Assembly (NCBI RefSeq): GCF_006345805.1
Contig: NC_043021.1
Location: forward strand, 1,426,001 to 1,490,000
From: Octopus sinensis
Taxonomy: Eukaryota
Reading direction: 5' to 3'
Length of the DNA: 64,000 nt
Both the position numbers and the translations under genes were made by a program. The number at the start of each line of letters is the position of its first letter. Positions within the stretch are counted from its first letter, which is position 1. Positions 26,091 to 38,129 of this stretch are shown here, piece by piece. Below the pieces are notes generated by a model. It did no database searches and had not been told where the DNA came from. It worked only from the letters and a program-made list of their open reading frames with translations.

Positions 26091-27152
26091 ATGCAGTGGC
26101 TGCACATGGTATTGGTCCGCAGCCTATACATTCTTGGATTTCTACCAACTGATCATAAACCTTCACCAAGCCCTCATCACCCCATCATATCTTATGCCTT
26201 GCCTTATGCAGGCTGCTGTGGGATATGATATTCAACATTGTAGTATGAATGTATATGTTTATGTGTTAGTGTATATATACAAGTTTATGAACATAGCTGG
26301 TGTGTGTATGGGTTTGATCCAACTGCATGGTATCAAGCGAGCGTCTTTTACTATAAGCCTTGGATCAATTCAAGCCTTGTGCAAGAAATTGGATAGACAG
26401 AAACTTTAGGAGCCCATCGGATGAACCATGCTAGTAATTCAAAGTGTCAACTATGTAAATTGATTCTGCCTGAGAATTATATTAAGGGTACAAGTGTCTC
26501 TGGAATACTCAGCCATTTATATTATGATTCAATGAGTGGTATACTTATAAGAACAATCATCTAATTACTATTATGTTTGTATGTTAATGTATAGTTATAC
26601 TACTTCAGGTATATGAAAAAGATCTATCCAGTGTATTTTTGGTTCAAGGTGTTTGTAGATGTACAGTATGCACACACACATGCAAGTGTATCTGGAGTTT
26701 CTATATGTTTGCACAGTTGAATGTATTTGTATGCTAGTGTGTATGTATTTATTATACATTTCCAGTATGTATGCAGTACGAAGGCAAAAGTGTTGTAGAA
26801 TTAGGTGGTGATGATGACTGGTGTGAAATAGTGTCTGTCAGTAGCTGTTGTAGTATTGACTACATCCATCATTGGACACACTCCCAACTACCGTACCAAC
26901 ATTCTGATTATGTTCCATTCTTCTTTCCATCCCCACTTCAACACACTTTTGTTCTACAGTTTTCTTGTTGTTATTGCCATAAGGAAAGAAATCAGAATAC
27001 AGAGACACACACACACTCCTATATTTAAATTTACATATACACAACAGAAATTAACAATTTACCCTTCGTAAACCATTGATAAACACACACAGCACAAGAC
27101 AGCTTTCCATTTCAGCAATATGGAGTCAACTTGAAGGTTAACTAGAGCATTT

Positions 27153-27158
27153 AATAAA
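27153..27158 (+). promoter_or_regulatory. Candidate UNC119 polyadenylation signal
   Basis: First AATAAA I noticed on + after the UNC119 stop (~1.06 kb downstream); no transcript data. Confidence 0.3.
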
Positions 27159-27231
27159 GAAATAGACAAAGTTTACAGTGTTATTTATACTAACCATTTC
27201 TAGTTCATGCTGACACATATATATATATATA

Positions 27232-27406
27232 CTTTATTTAAAAGCAGCAGAAATTCAACAAAAACTGTCCGACGAACGGGAACGTGAAACTCCGAGTAAC
27301 AGGTTTTGTTGAGTTTCTGCTGCTTTTAAATAAAGCATATTACTCTACCCCTGGTATTTGAGTACTCTTTTTTCCACCTTGTTTCACATTTATGTGTTTA
27401 CTCCGG
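27232..27406 (+). mobile_element. Short PLE pseudo-LTR fragment with inverted 5' segment, in (TA)n
   Basis: 27232-27268 is the reverse complement of 27299-27335; flanked by (TA)n. Confidence 0.65.
27265..27302 (+). ncRNA. Minimal type I hammerhead-like motif (variant core)
   Basis: cugu-CCGACGA-acg ggaa cgu-GAAA-cuc c gag-UA-acag; U4C and an A-U helix II closing pair deviate from consensus. Confidence 0.6.
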
Positions 27407-28783
27407 TATATATATATTTATATATGATTGTTATATTAACTGGAGAATCAACTGACTAGACTCCTGCAAATAAACAATAATACTTTGTGTCCTGAGAAAA
27501 TATTTTGTCATCATATTTTTTCTTTTGCATAGTAATTAATGGTACATAACATTTCATTTTTAGCCATTTACAACAATAATGTAGTCCACTTGCATGCACT
27601 TCTTTTTACTATGTTGCAGTTCTTATCTTTTCTCTGATAATTACTTTACTCTTCTGTCTTTCAGTCCCCCCTTTCTCATATATTTGACACTAATTGTTGG
27701 TTACACTCTTAATTTGTTTTGTTACTTTGTGTGACAGTTTTTTTTTATTCTGACAGACAGTACCCATTAATCTATGTTCCTTTTAGAGTATTTAAAAAGA
27801 TTAAGTCCAATTTTTGGCCCTCTTTAGCACATAAATATTTTTAATTCCAGAACAACTTTTCCTCCTCCTATCACATTTAGTTTTATATAGCACTCTGCTG
27901 TTATTCCTGTTGTAACTAAACTACTTAGAGAAGACTCAATACCTTTGAACATTATCATTTCCCACAAATAGTGTACTTTACTTTCTTAAAATACCTGACC
28001 TTAATGAAATATTTTCTTGCATGGAAACGGGTGACCTGTGCAAGCATGACAAAGTCAATATTAGAACAGAGAGGCTCTTAGTGCTTGTAGGAATTCAGTT
28101 TTAAGATATCCAATATTTACAATCCATTTTCAGACATTTTAGTAAAATTGATTAATTCCTCTGGTACGAGTAGCAAAATGCTTGGTAGGTGAAATGTGCA
28201 ACTGTATTCTGTACATGATATGAGAACTTGAGTTCTTTAGTAGCTCTATACACCTTTTATTATAGTTTTGTTTGGAATCCAACAGATTCTCTGTTTTATA
28301 TGGAGTTTCTATTTCCTTTGTAGAAAGGAAAAGAATTACAATATCAAAATTATTTTTCTTTGATTGTGAAAGAGAAGCAAAGGTCCATGTGATTCAATCC
28401 TTTCTAAATATTTGACGATGAAAATATGACAAAGGTAGAGGAAATAATGTGTTTAAAGAAATGTGGGACATTACTGACTCACATATATACTTTTAGCTTT
28501 TTTACATGCTGCTATGAATTGGACAGGTAATTTTTTAACACAGCTTCTCTATTTTGTTGGTCTATTAGTAGGCTCAGTTGCTTTGAGATTTCTCCCATCT
28601 TTAGTGCTCTTTTATAGTTGCAATGTTTGGCATTTTCACCCAACTATCATTCTTCATGTCTATACCATCCCTCTTGTACGCTGTTGTTGATAATGTCCAT
28701 AATTCTCTTTATTCCATCTCAGCATATAGGAAAGCCTGTAAATAACTTGATAGGAAATATGCTGTTGCCGCCACAACTCATTA

Positions 28784-28858
28784 TCAGTGAGTTTGTTTAG
28801 ATCCAGTGTATGGTTTGCCTCTGCAAAGCTGCTCTACATGCTGGTAGATGAAATAGAA
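28784..28858 (-). CDS. CDP-alcohol phosphotransferase exon 7 (last)
   Basis: tcctttcAG acceptor, phase 0; FYFIYQHVEQLCRGKPYTGSKQTH-TGA; the seven exons sum to 615 nt = 204 aa + stop with consistent phases. Confidence 0.8.
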   Translation of the reverse strand, partial: FYFIYQHVEQLCRGKPYTGSKQTH

Positions 28859-29667
28859 CTGAAAGGAAATCAAGATTATAATGTAATATAGCATCAGGTT
28901 AAATGAGATGGAAAGATCAATTCACTATCATAAATTTTTAGTGTCAATAGTTTTACTGTTATTTACTGAAGTGTTCCATCTACCATACCTTCAACATGGA
29001 GATGAAGTGAACCTAGTCATATCTCCCTTGACTATCCAGTGTTACTATGGCTGTGCTCACTTGTATAATTTCAATTGAAGATGAACATAAACATATTCTC
29101 AGCAGAAAGCAATGATCAACTTGTAACAAACTGACCACTATTTGGACATTTGGCTTGAGTCTGTGATTTAAAAATCATTATCTTTCATTCTCTTATAAGG
29201 CCTAGAAACATGGACACCTCCTCTAAGGCTTCAAAAATTATTAGATGACTGTTACACTTGAATTTTATGTAAGATTAAAAATCTTTTGTGGAAAAGGCAT
29301 TCAAGTCTAAAACAAATTTAGCGGACTTTACCACGCTCTTTTCACAATTAGTAATGGTGGTGAGGATAGTTTCTAGCTCTCCTCTTCAGATGTCATTGTC
29401 TGGGATTCAAGATATGTGTGCAGGATCATGAAATTTGCATTGACTAGAGTTACCAAATTAAAAATAATCCTCTCTAACCAGCAACCACTTTACTTTATGG
29501 CAGAGCAGTACCACCTTCAAGTAGTCATATTTTGAATATTTGATAACCCAATGGGATGGTGCAATTTGTTCAAAGTTCAGCATTTTACATGCGAACATGA
29601 AGTCAGTTCTATACCTCAGAATTAAAAATTAGCTAAAAGTTTGAAAAGTATGTCAGTTAACCCTTAC

Positions 29668-29840
29668 CTCAACTATGAGACAGAGAAGACGGCCAGACAT
29701 AAAGAACATGATAAGAACCATTTCCTGAGAAAGAGACATGCCTAATATTGTCCTGAGTAACTTTTGTTTTTGGGCATACAGTAGAATGGGAAAAACATGC
29801 AGACCTGCTATGGTAAATACTCCTGCTGGAGTTTTGAACC
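29668..29840 (-). CDS. CDP-alcohol phosphotransferase exon 6
   Basis: ctttctacAG / GTaagg; 173 nt; GFKTPAGVFTIAGLHVFPILLYAQKQKLLRTILGMSLSQEMVLIMFFMSGRLLCLIVE. Confidence 0.92.
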
Positions 29841-29983
29841 CTGTAGAAAGATATGTGGAAAAAAACATGTAAGGTCAAATTAGACAACTATTATTGAAGC
29901 AAGAGAGCATTGTTTTTGTATCATATGTGTTCTTTATGCCCAATCAACCCTGATTGAATTCATTCATTGTCTAACAGTCGGGT

Positions 29984-30354
29984 GCAATTTTAATCACGTA
30001 CAGAGTCCTGCCATACGTTTGTATTTGTTCATGTAGCAGCTATTATCCATGACAAAGTTGCTACAGGGATTTGAACTATTAATTTTCTTTTTTTTGTATG
30101 GAGTCTGGAGTAAAGGACTGATAAGCTTGATGCCATTAATGTCTCATTTAAATCGCTGTTGGTAAACACTTGCATGTAAAAAATTCTAGAAGGTCAATGT
30201 CCTTGGTAGGGACGATTGGGCATTGTGTTTAATGTGGTTTTGCAGGGGCTGAATTAAACAGGTGATAGATTGTGATAAAAGAGACGTTGTCAGGGTTAGT
30301 AGCTTTGTTAATTTGAAACATATATTTCCATACTTACTGTGATCTGAGGATGAT
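29984..30354. repeat. 371-bp direct repeat, copy 1 (left flank of satellite)
   Basis: About 10 substitutions versus 36866-37236; minus-strand translation looks like a degraded PLE linker (..SFITIYH..DIDL.EFF..SNPC..). Confidence 0.9.
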
Positions 30355-33300
30355 TTGATTGCTACTTCTAGCAAGTCAAGCAACTATTTACAGGATCTGA
30401 CATTGTTCCATTAGAATAGAGAGGTGTGATCTACAGAAGGTTTGACTGCTATTTCTAGCAAGTCAAGCACTATTGAGAGGATCTGACATTGGTCCATTAG
30501 TATAGAAAAGTGTAATCTGAGGAAGGTTTGAAGATTTGACTGCTATTTCTAGCAAGTCAAGCGGCTATTTAGAGAATCTCACATTGTTACATTAGTATAG
30601 AAAAGTGTGATCTGAGGAAGGTTTGAAGATTTGACTGCTATTTCTAGCAACTCAAGCAGCTATTTAGAGGAGCTGGCATTGTTTCATTAGAATAGATAAG
30701 TGTGATGTGAGGGAGATTTGACTGCTATTTCTAGCAAGTCAAGCAACTATTTCGAATCTGACATTGGTCCAAAAAAATAGAAAAGTGTGATGTGAGGGAG
30801 ATTTGACTGCTATTTCTAGAACGTCAAGCATTATTTAGAGGATCAGACATTGGTCCATTAGAATGGAAATGTGTCATCAGAAGGAGATTTGACTGCTATT
30901 TCTAGCAAGTCAAGCAAATATTGAGATGATCTGACATTGGTCCATTAGAATAGAAAAGTGTGATCTGAGGGAGATTTGACTGCTATTTCCTGCAAGTCAA
31001 GCAACTATTTAGAGGATCTGACATTGGTCCAGCAGAATAGGAAAGTGTGATCTGAGATAGGTTTGAAAATTTGACTGCTATTTCTTGCAAGTCAAGCAAC
31101 TATTTAGAGTGCATGGCATTGGTCCATTAGAACAGAAAAGTATGATTGGAAGAAATTTGACTGCTATTTTAGCAAGTCAAACAACTATATATAGGATCTG
31201 ACATCATTCCAGTAGAATAGAGAAGTGTGATCTTAGAAAATTTGACTGCTATTTCTAGCAACTCAAGCAACTATTGAGCGGGTCTGACATTGGTCCACTA
31301 GAATACTAAAGAGTGATGTGAAAGAAATTTGATTGTTATTTCTAGCAAGTCAAGCAACTATTTAGAGGATATAACATTGGTCCATTAGAATAGAAAAGTG
31401 TGATCTGAGGAAGATTTGACTGCTATTTCTAACAAGTCAAGCAAATATTGGGAGGTTATGACACTGGTTCATTAGAATAGAAAAGTGTGATCTGAAGAAA
31501 ATTTGACTGCAGTTTCTAGCAACTCAATCAACTATTTAGAGGATCTGACATTGGTCCACTAGAATACAAAAGTGTGATGTGAAAAAGATTTGACTGTTAT
31601 TTCCTGCAAGTCAAGCAACAATTTAGAGGATCTAACATTGGTATTAGAATAGAAAAGTGTGATCAGAGGAAGATTTGACTGCTATTTCTAGCAAGTCAAG
31701 CAACTATTTAGAGTGCATGACATTGGTCCATTAGAATAGAAAAGTGTGATTGTAAGAAATTTGACTGCTATTTCTAGCAAGTCAAGCAACTATATACAGG
31801 ATCTGACATTGTTCCATTAGAATAGAAAAGTGTGATCTTAGAAAATTTGACTGCTATTTCTAGCAACTCAAGCAACTATTTAGAGGGTCTGACATTGGCC
31901 CACTAGAATACAAAAGTGTAAAGTGAAAGAGATTTGACTGTTATTTCTAGCAAGTCAAGCAACTATATACAGGATCTGACACTGGTCCATTAGAATAGAA
32001 AAGTGTGATTTTGAAGAAAATTTGACTGCTATTTCTAGCAAGTCATGCAACTATTTAGAGGATCTGACATAGTTCTATATGAATAAACGGAGATTTGACT
32101 GCTATTTCTAGAACGTCAAGCATTATTCAGAGAATGTGACATTGGTCCATTAGAATGGAAATGTGTGATCTGAAGAAAATTTGACTGCTATTTCTACCAA
32201 CTCAAGAAACTATTTAGAGGATCTGACATTGGTCCATTAGAATGGAAAAGTGTGATTAGAAGGAGATTTGACTGCTATTTCTAGAACGTCAAGCATTATT
32301 TAGAGGATCTGACATTGGTCTATTAGAATGGAAATGTGTGATCTGAAGAAAATTTGACTTCTATTTCTAGCAACTCAAGCAACTATTTAGAGGATCTGAC
32401 ATTGGTCCATTAGAATAGAAAAGTGTGATCTGAGGAAGACTACACTGCTATTTCTAGCAAGTCAAGCAAATAGTGAGAGGATCTGACATTGTTCCATTAG
32501 AATAGAAAAGTGTGATCTGAAGGAGATTTGACTGTTATTTCTAGCAACTCAAGCAACTATTTAGAGGATCTGACATTGGTCCATCAGAATAGAAAAGTGT
32601 GATCTGAGGGAGATGTGACTGCTATTTGTAGCAAGTAAAGCAACTATTTAAAATCTGACATTGGTCCATTAGAATAGAAAAGTGTGATCTGAGGAAGATT
32701 CGACTGCTATTTCTAACAAGTCAAGCAAATATTGGGAGGGTATGACACTGGTCAATTCGAATAGAAAAGTGTGATCTGAAGAAAATTTGACTGCTATTTC
32801 TCGCAACTCAAGCAACTATTTAGAGGGTCTGACATTGGTCCACTAGAATACAAAAGTGTGATGTGAAAGAGATTTGACTGTTATTTCTAGCAAGTCAAGC
32901 AACAATTCAGAGGATCTAACATTGGTCCATTAGAATAATAAAGTGTGATCAGAGGAAGATTTGACTGCTATTTCTAGCAAGTCAAGCAACTATATACAGG
33001 ATCTGACATTGGTCCATTAGTATAGAAAAGTGTGATCTGAGGAAGATTTGACTGCTAATTCTAACAAGTAAAGCAAATATTGGGAGTTTATGACACTGGT
33101 CCATTAGAATAGAAAAGTGTGATTTGAAGAAAATTTGACTCCTATTTCTAGCAAGTCAAGCAACTATTTAGAGGATCTGACATAGTTGCATAAGAATACA
33201 TGGAGATTTGACTGCTATTTCTAGAACGTCAAGCATTATTTAGAGAATCTGACATTGGTCCATTAGAATGGAAAAGTGTGATCAGAAGGAGATTTGACTG

Positions 33301-36300
33301 CTATTTCTAGAACGTCAAGCATTATTTAGAGGAACTGACATTGGTCCATTAGAATGGAAACGTGTGATCTGAAGAAAATTTGACTGCTATTTCTAGCAAC
33401 TCAAGCAACTATATACATGATCTGACATTGTTCCATTAGAATAGAAAAGTGTGATCTGACGGAGATTTGACTGCTATTTCTAGCAAGTCAAGCGGCTATT
33501 TAGAGAATCTCACATTGTTACATTAGTATAGAAAAGTGTGATCTGAGGAAGGTTTGAAGATTTGACTGCTATTTCTAGCAACTCAAGCAGGTATTTAGAG
33601 GAGCTGGCATTGTTTCATTAGAATAGATAAGTGTGATGTGAGGGAGATTTGACTGCTATTTCTAGCAAGTCAAGCAACTATTTCGAATCTGACATTGGTC
33701 CAAAAAAATAGAAAAGTGTGATGTGAGGGAGATTTGACTGCTATTTCTAGCAACTCAAGCAACTATATACATGATCTGACATTGTTCCATTAGAATAGAA
33801 AAGTGTGATCTGACGGAGATTTGACTGCTATTTCTAGTACGTCAAGCAGCTATTTAGAGGATCTGACATTGGTCCATTAGAATAGAGAAGTGTGATCTAC
33901 AGAAGATTTGACTGCTATTTCTAGCACGTCAAGCAAAATTGAGAGGATCTGACATTGGTCCATTAGTATAGAAAAGTGTACTCTGAGAAAGGTTTGAAGA
34001 TTTGACTGCTATTTCCATTAGAATGGAAATGTGTCATCAGAAGGAGATTTGACTGCTATTTCTACCAACTCAAGCAACTATTTAGAGGATCTGACATTGG
34101 TCCATTAGAATAGAAGAGTGTGATCTGAGAAAGATTTGACTGCTATTTTAGCAAGTCAAGCAAATATTGAGAGGATCTGACATTGGTCCATTAGAATAGA
34201 AAAGTGTGATTGGAAGAAATTTGACTGCTATTTATAGCAAGTCAAGCAACTATATACAGGATCTGACATCGTTCCAGTAGAATAGAGAAGTGTGATCTTA
34301 GAAAATTTGACTGCTATGTCTAGCAACTCAAGCAACTATTTAGAGGGTCTGACGTTGGTCCACTAGAATACAAAAGTGTGATGTGAAAGAAATTTGACTT
34401 ATTTCTAGCAAGTCAAGCAACAATTTAGAGGATATAACATTGGTCCATTAGAATAGAAAAGTGTGAGCTGAGGAAGATTTCACTGCTATTTCTAGCAAGT
34501 CAAGCAACTATATACAGGATCTGACGTTGTTCCATTAGAATAGAGAAGTGTCATCTGAGGAAGATTTGACTGCTATTTCTAACAAGTCAAGCAAATATTG
34601 GGAGGTTATGACACTGGTCCATTAGAACAGAAAAGTTTGATCTGTAGAAAATTTGCCTGCTATTTCTAGCAAGTCAAGCAACTATTTAGAGGATCTGACA
34701 TAGTTCCATTAGAATACAAAAGTGTGATGTGAAAGAGATTTGACTGTTATTTCTAGCAACTCAAGCAACAATTTAGAGCAGGGGTGGGCAAACTTTTTTG
34801 ATCGCGGGCCGCACAGTGCGTCTTTGGAACCTTGGCGGGCCTCATTTATAAAAATCATGTGAAAATATTGTGAATTACCGTACAGTTACGAAGTATCTGC
34901 ATAGAAGTTGGGATTCATAAAAGCTCTCGGCGGGCCGCATGCGGCCCGTAGTTCGCCCACCCCTGATTTAGAGGATCTAACAGTGGTCCATTAGAATAGA
35001 AAAGTGTGATCAGAGGAAGATTTGACTGCAATTTCTAGCAAGTCAAGCAACTATATACAGGATCTGACATTGTTCCATTAGAATAGAAAAGTGTTATCTG
35101 AGGGAGATTTGATTGCTATTTCTAGCACGTCAAGCAGCAATTTAGAGGATTTGGCATTGGTCCATTAGAATAGAGAAGTGTGATGTGAGGGAGATTTGAT
35201 TGCTATTTCCAGAACATCAAGCAACTGTTGAGAGGATCTGACATCGGTCCATTAGATTAGAAAAGTATAATCTGAGGGATATTTGACTGCTATTTCTAAC
35301 AAGTGAAGCAATTATTTACAGAATCTGACATTGGTCCATTAGAAAAGAAAAGTGTGATCTGAGGAAGATTTGATTGCTATTTCTAGCAATACAAGCATTT
35401 ATTTAGAGGATCTGACATTGGTACAATAGAATACAAAAGTGTGGTGTGAAGGAGATTTGAGTGCTATTTCTAGCAAGTCAAGCAACTATTTAGAGGTTCT
35501 GACATTTGTACATTAGAATAGAAAAGTGTGATCTGAGGAAGGTTTTAAGAATTGACTTCTATTTCTAGCAACTCAAGCAACTATTTAGAGGATCTGACAT
35601 TGGTCCATTAGAATAGAAAAGTGTGATCTGAGGAAGACTACACTGCTATTTCTAGCAAGTCAAGCAAATAGTGAGAGGATCTGACATTGTTCCATTAGAA
35701 TAGAAATGTGTGATCTGAAGGAGATTTGACTGCTATTTCTAGCAAGTCAAACAACTATTTAGAGGATCTAACATTAATCCATTAGAATAGAAAAGTGTGA
35801 TCTGAGGAAAATTTGACTGCTATTTCTAGCAAGTCAAGCAACTGTTTACAGGATCTGACATCGCTCCACTAGAATAGAAATGTGTGATCTGGAGGAGATT
35901 TGACTGCTATTTCTAGCAAGTCAAGTCACTATTTACAGAATCTGATATCAGTCCATTAGAATAGAAAAGTGTGATATGAGGAAGATTTGACTACTATTTC
36001 TAGCAATTCAAGCAAATAATTAGAGCATCTGACATTGGTCCATTAGAATAGAAAAATTTGATTTGAAGGAGATTTGACTGCTATTTCTAGGAAGTTGAGC
36101 AACTATTTAGAGGATCTGACATTGGTCCATTAGAATAGAAAAGTGTGATCTGAGGGAGATTTGAGTCCTATTTCTAGAACGTCAAGCAACTATTTAGAGG
36201 ATCTGACATAGAATAGAAAAGTGTGGTCTGATGGAGAATTGACTGCTATTTCTAGCAAGTCAAGCAACTATTTAGAGGATCTGACATAGAATAAAAAAGT

Positions 36301-36865
36301 GTGGTCTGAGGGAGATTTGACTGCTATTTCTAGGAACTCAAGCAACTATTTAGAGGATCCGACACTGGCCCATTAGAATAGAAAAGTGTGATCTGAGGAA
36401 GATTTGACTGCTATTTCTAGCAAGTCAAGAAACTATTTAGAGAATCTGATATTGATCCATTAGCATAGAAAAGTGTGATCTGAAGATTTGACTGCTATTT
36501 CTTGAACGTCAGGCAACTATTTAAAGGTTCTGTCATTGGTCCATTAGAATAGAAAAGTGTCATCTGATGAAGGTTTGAAGATTTGACTGCTACTTCTAGC
36601 AAGTAAAGCAACTATTTACAGGATCTGACATTGGTCCATTAGAATAGAAAAGTGTGATCTGAATGGGATTTGACTTCTATTTCTAGAACGTCAAGCATTA
36701 TTTAGAGGATCTGACACTGGCCCATTAGAATAGAAAAGTGTGATGAAGTAGATTTGACTGCTATTTCTAGGAAGTGAAGCAACTATTTACATGATCTGAC
36801 ATTGGTCCATCAGAATAGAAAAGTATGATCTGAGGGATATTTGAGTGCTATTTCTACCAAGTCAA
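30355..36865. repeat. ~87-bp satellite array, roughly 75 units, inside intron 5 of the CDP-alcohol phosphotransferase gene
   Basis: Consensus atttgactgctatttctagcaagtcaagcaactatttagaggatctgacattggtccattagaatagaaaagtgtgatctgaggaag; period 87 (31414 to 31501). Confidence 0.97.
34779..34965. mobile_element. hAT (Charlie/Buster-type) MITE, 187 bp
   Basis: TIR caggggtgggcaaact / agttcgcccacccctg; perfect 8-bp TSD atttagag (34771-34778, 34966-34973) with central TA. Confidence 0.95.
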
Positions 36866-37236
36866 GCAATTTTAATCACGTACAGAATCCTGCCATACGT
36901 TTGTATTTGGTCATGTAGCAGCTATTATCCATGACAAAGTTGCTACAGGGATTTGAACTATTAATTTTCTTTTTTTTGTATGGATTCTGGAGGAAAGGAC
37001 TGATAAGCTTGATGCCATTAATGTCTCATTTAAATCGCTGTTGGTAAACACTTGCATGTAAAAAATTCTAGAAGGTCAATGTCCTTGGTAGGGACGATTG
37101 GGCATTGTGTTTAATGTGGTTTTGCAGGGGCTGAATTAAACAGGTGATAGATTGTGGTAAAAGGGACATTGTCAGGGTTAGTAGCTTTGTTAATTTGAAA
37201 TATATATTTCCACACTTTCTGTGATCTGAGGATGAT
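36866..37236. repeat. 371-bp direct repeat, copy 2 (right flank of satellite)
   Basis: See copy 1. Confidence 0.9.
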
Positions 37237-37743
37237 GAAATGAAAAGGGGTAGATTTGAAGAGAATAGGTTAAAAGTATGGAATATTTCCCCATAGAAAG
37301 AAGAGAGGAAAAGGACTACCCAAAGTTGATAGAGATGTTTTTATGGCAAGGGGACGAAGGGTCGGAGCGATACGATGCAGAAAGATTTCTTTTACACTAT
37401 TGAATGAATGTCACCCAGTTTTGCAGTGGGCAAGATTCCCTACTCTTTGTAGGTCATTTTTTTGTTTTCTTGCCCAGACAGCTGCAGTAAAACTTTGCAA
37501 ATCATTTGAGGCATAGTTAATTGGTTATGGATTTGCCTGAAATGATGGGTTCAATCATCTCATAGCTATTGATGTTGGATCATGAATGAAGCAGGAGCTG
37601 TCAGTGATAATTGGCATCAAACAGCTGGCTTGAAATTGCCATATATTGTGTATAGAGTAGTTGCTATTAGGAAGTGATCAGATGATCTGATATATTCCAT
37701 TCATATCACAACAAAACTTATCCAAAATTTTCATTGAAATTAC

Positions 37744-37864
37744 CTTTGTCCATAACTCTTTCTATAATCCAAGGATGTTTTTTCTTGAGAGCCTTCCAGT
37801 TTGGTCCTCTACAGTGGGTACACACTAATGTTAACCATTCCACAACTGATATCAAGTAAAGATA
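37744..37864 (-). CDS. CDP-alcohol phosphotransferase exon 5
   Basis: ttttttcAG / GTaatt; 121 nt; YLYLISVVEWLTLVCTHCRGPNWKALKKKHPWIIERVMDK. Confidence 0.9.
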
Positions 37865-38129
37865 CTGAAAAAACAAGGGAAGCTGTTGCTAATTTACGAA
37901 TAACATTTTTGATGACACAGTTATAGAGGCTGTAAGCAATTAGGTGGCTTACAATATATGCAAAACAGGTATAGACAAATTACATTTAAAAAGAATTGAG
38001 TCATTAAATGGATTGGTGCAATTTATTTTAATGTTAATTATTTGTATAGCTGGACAAAAATATCCTTCAATATCATCATTAATTTAACATGCACTTTTCC
38101 ATGCTTGCATGATTCTGACAGAATCTAAG

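Noticed and set aside
30355-36865. Regular repeat array superficially like a CRISPR
   Set aside because: Whole 87-bp units are repeated with no unique spacers, there are no cas genes, and the context is a eukaryotic intron; it is a satellite.
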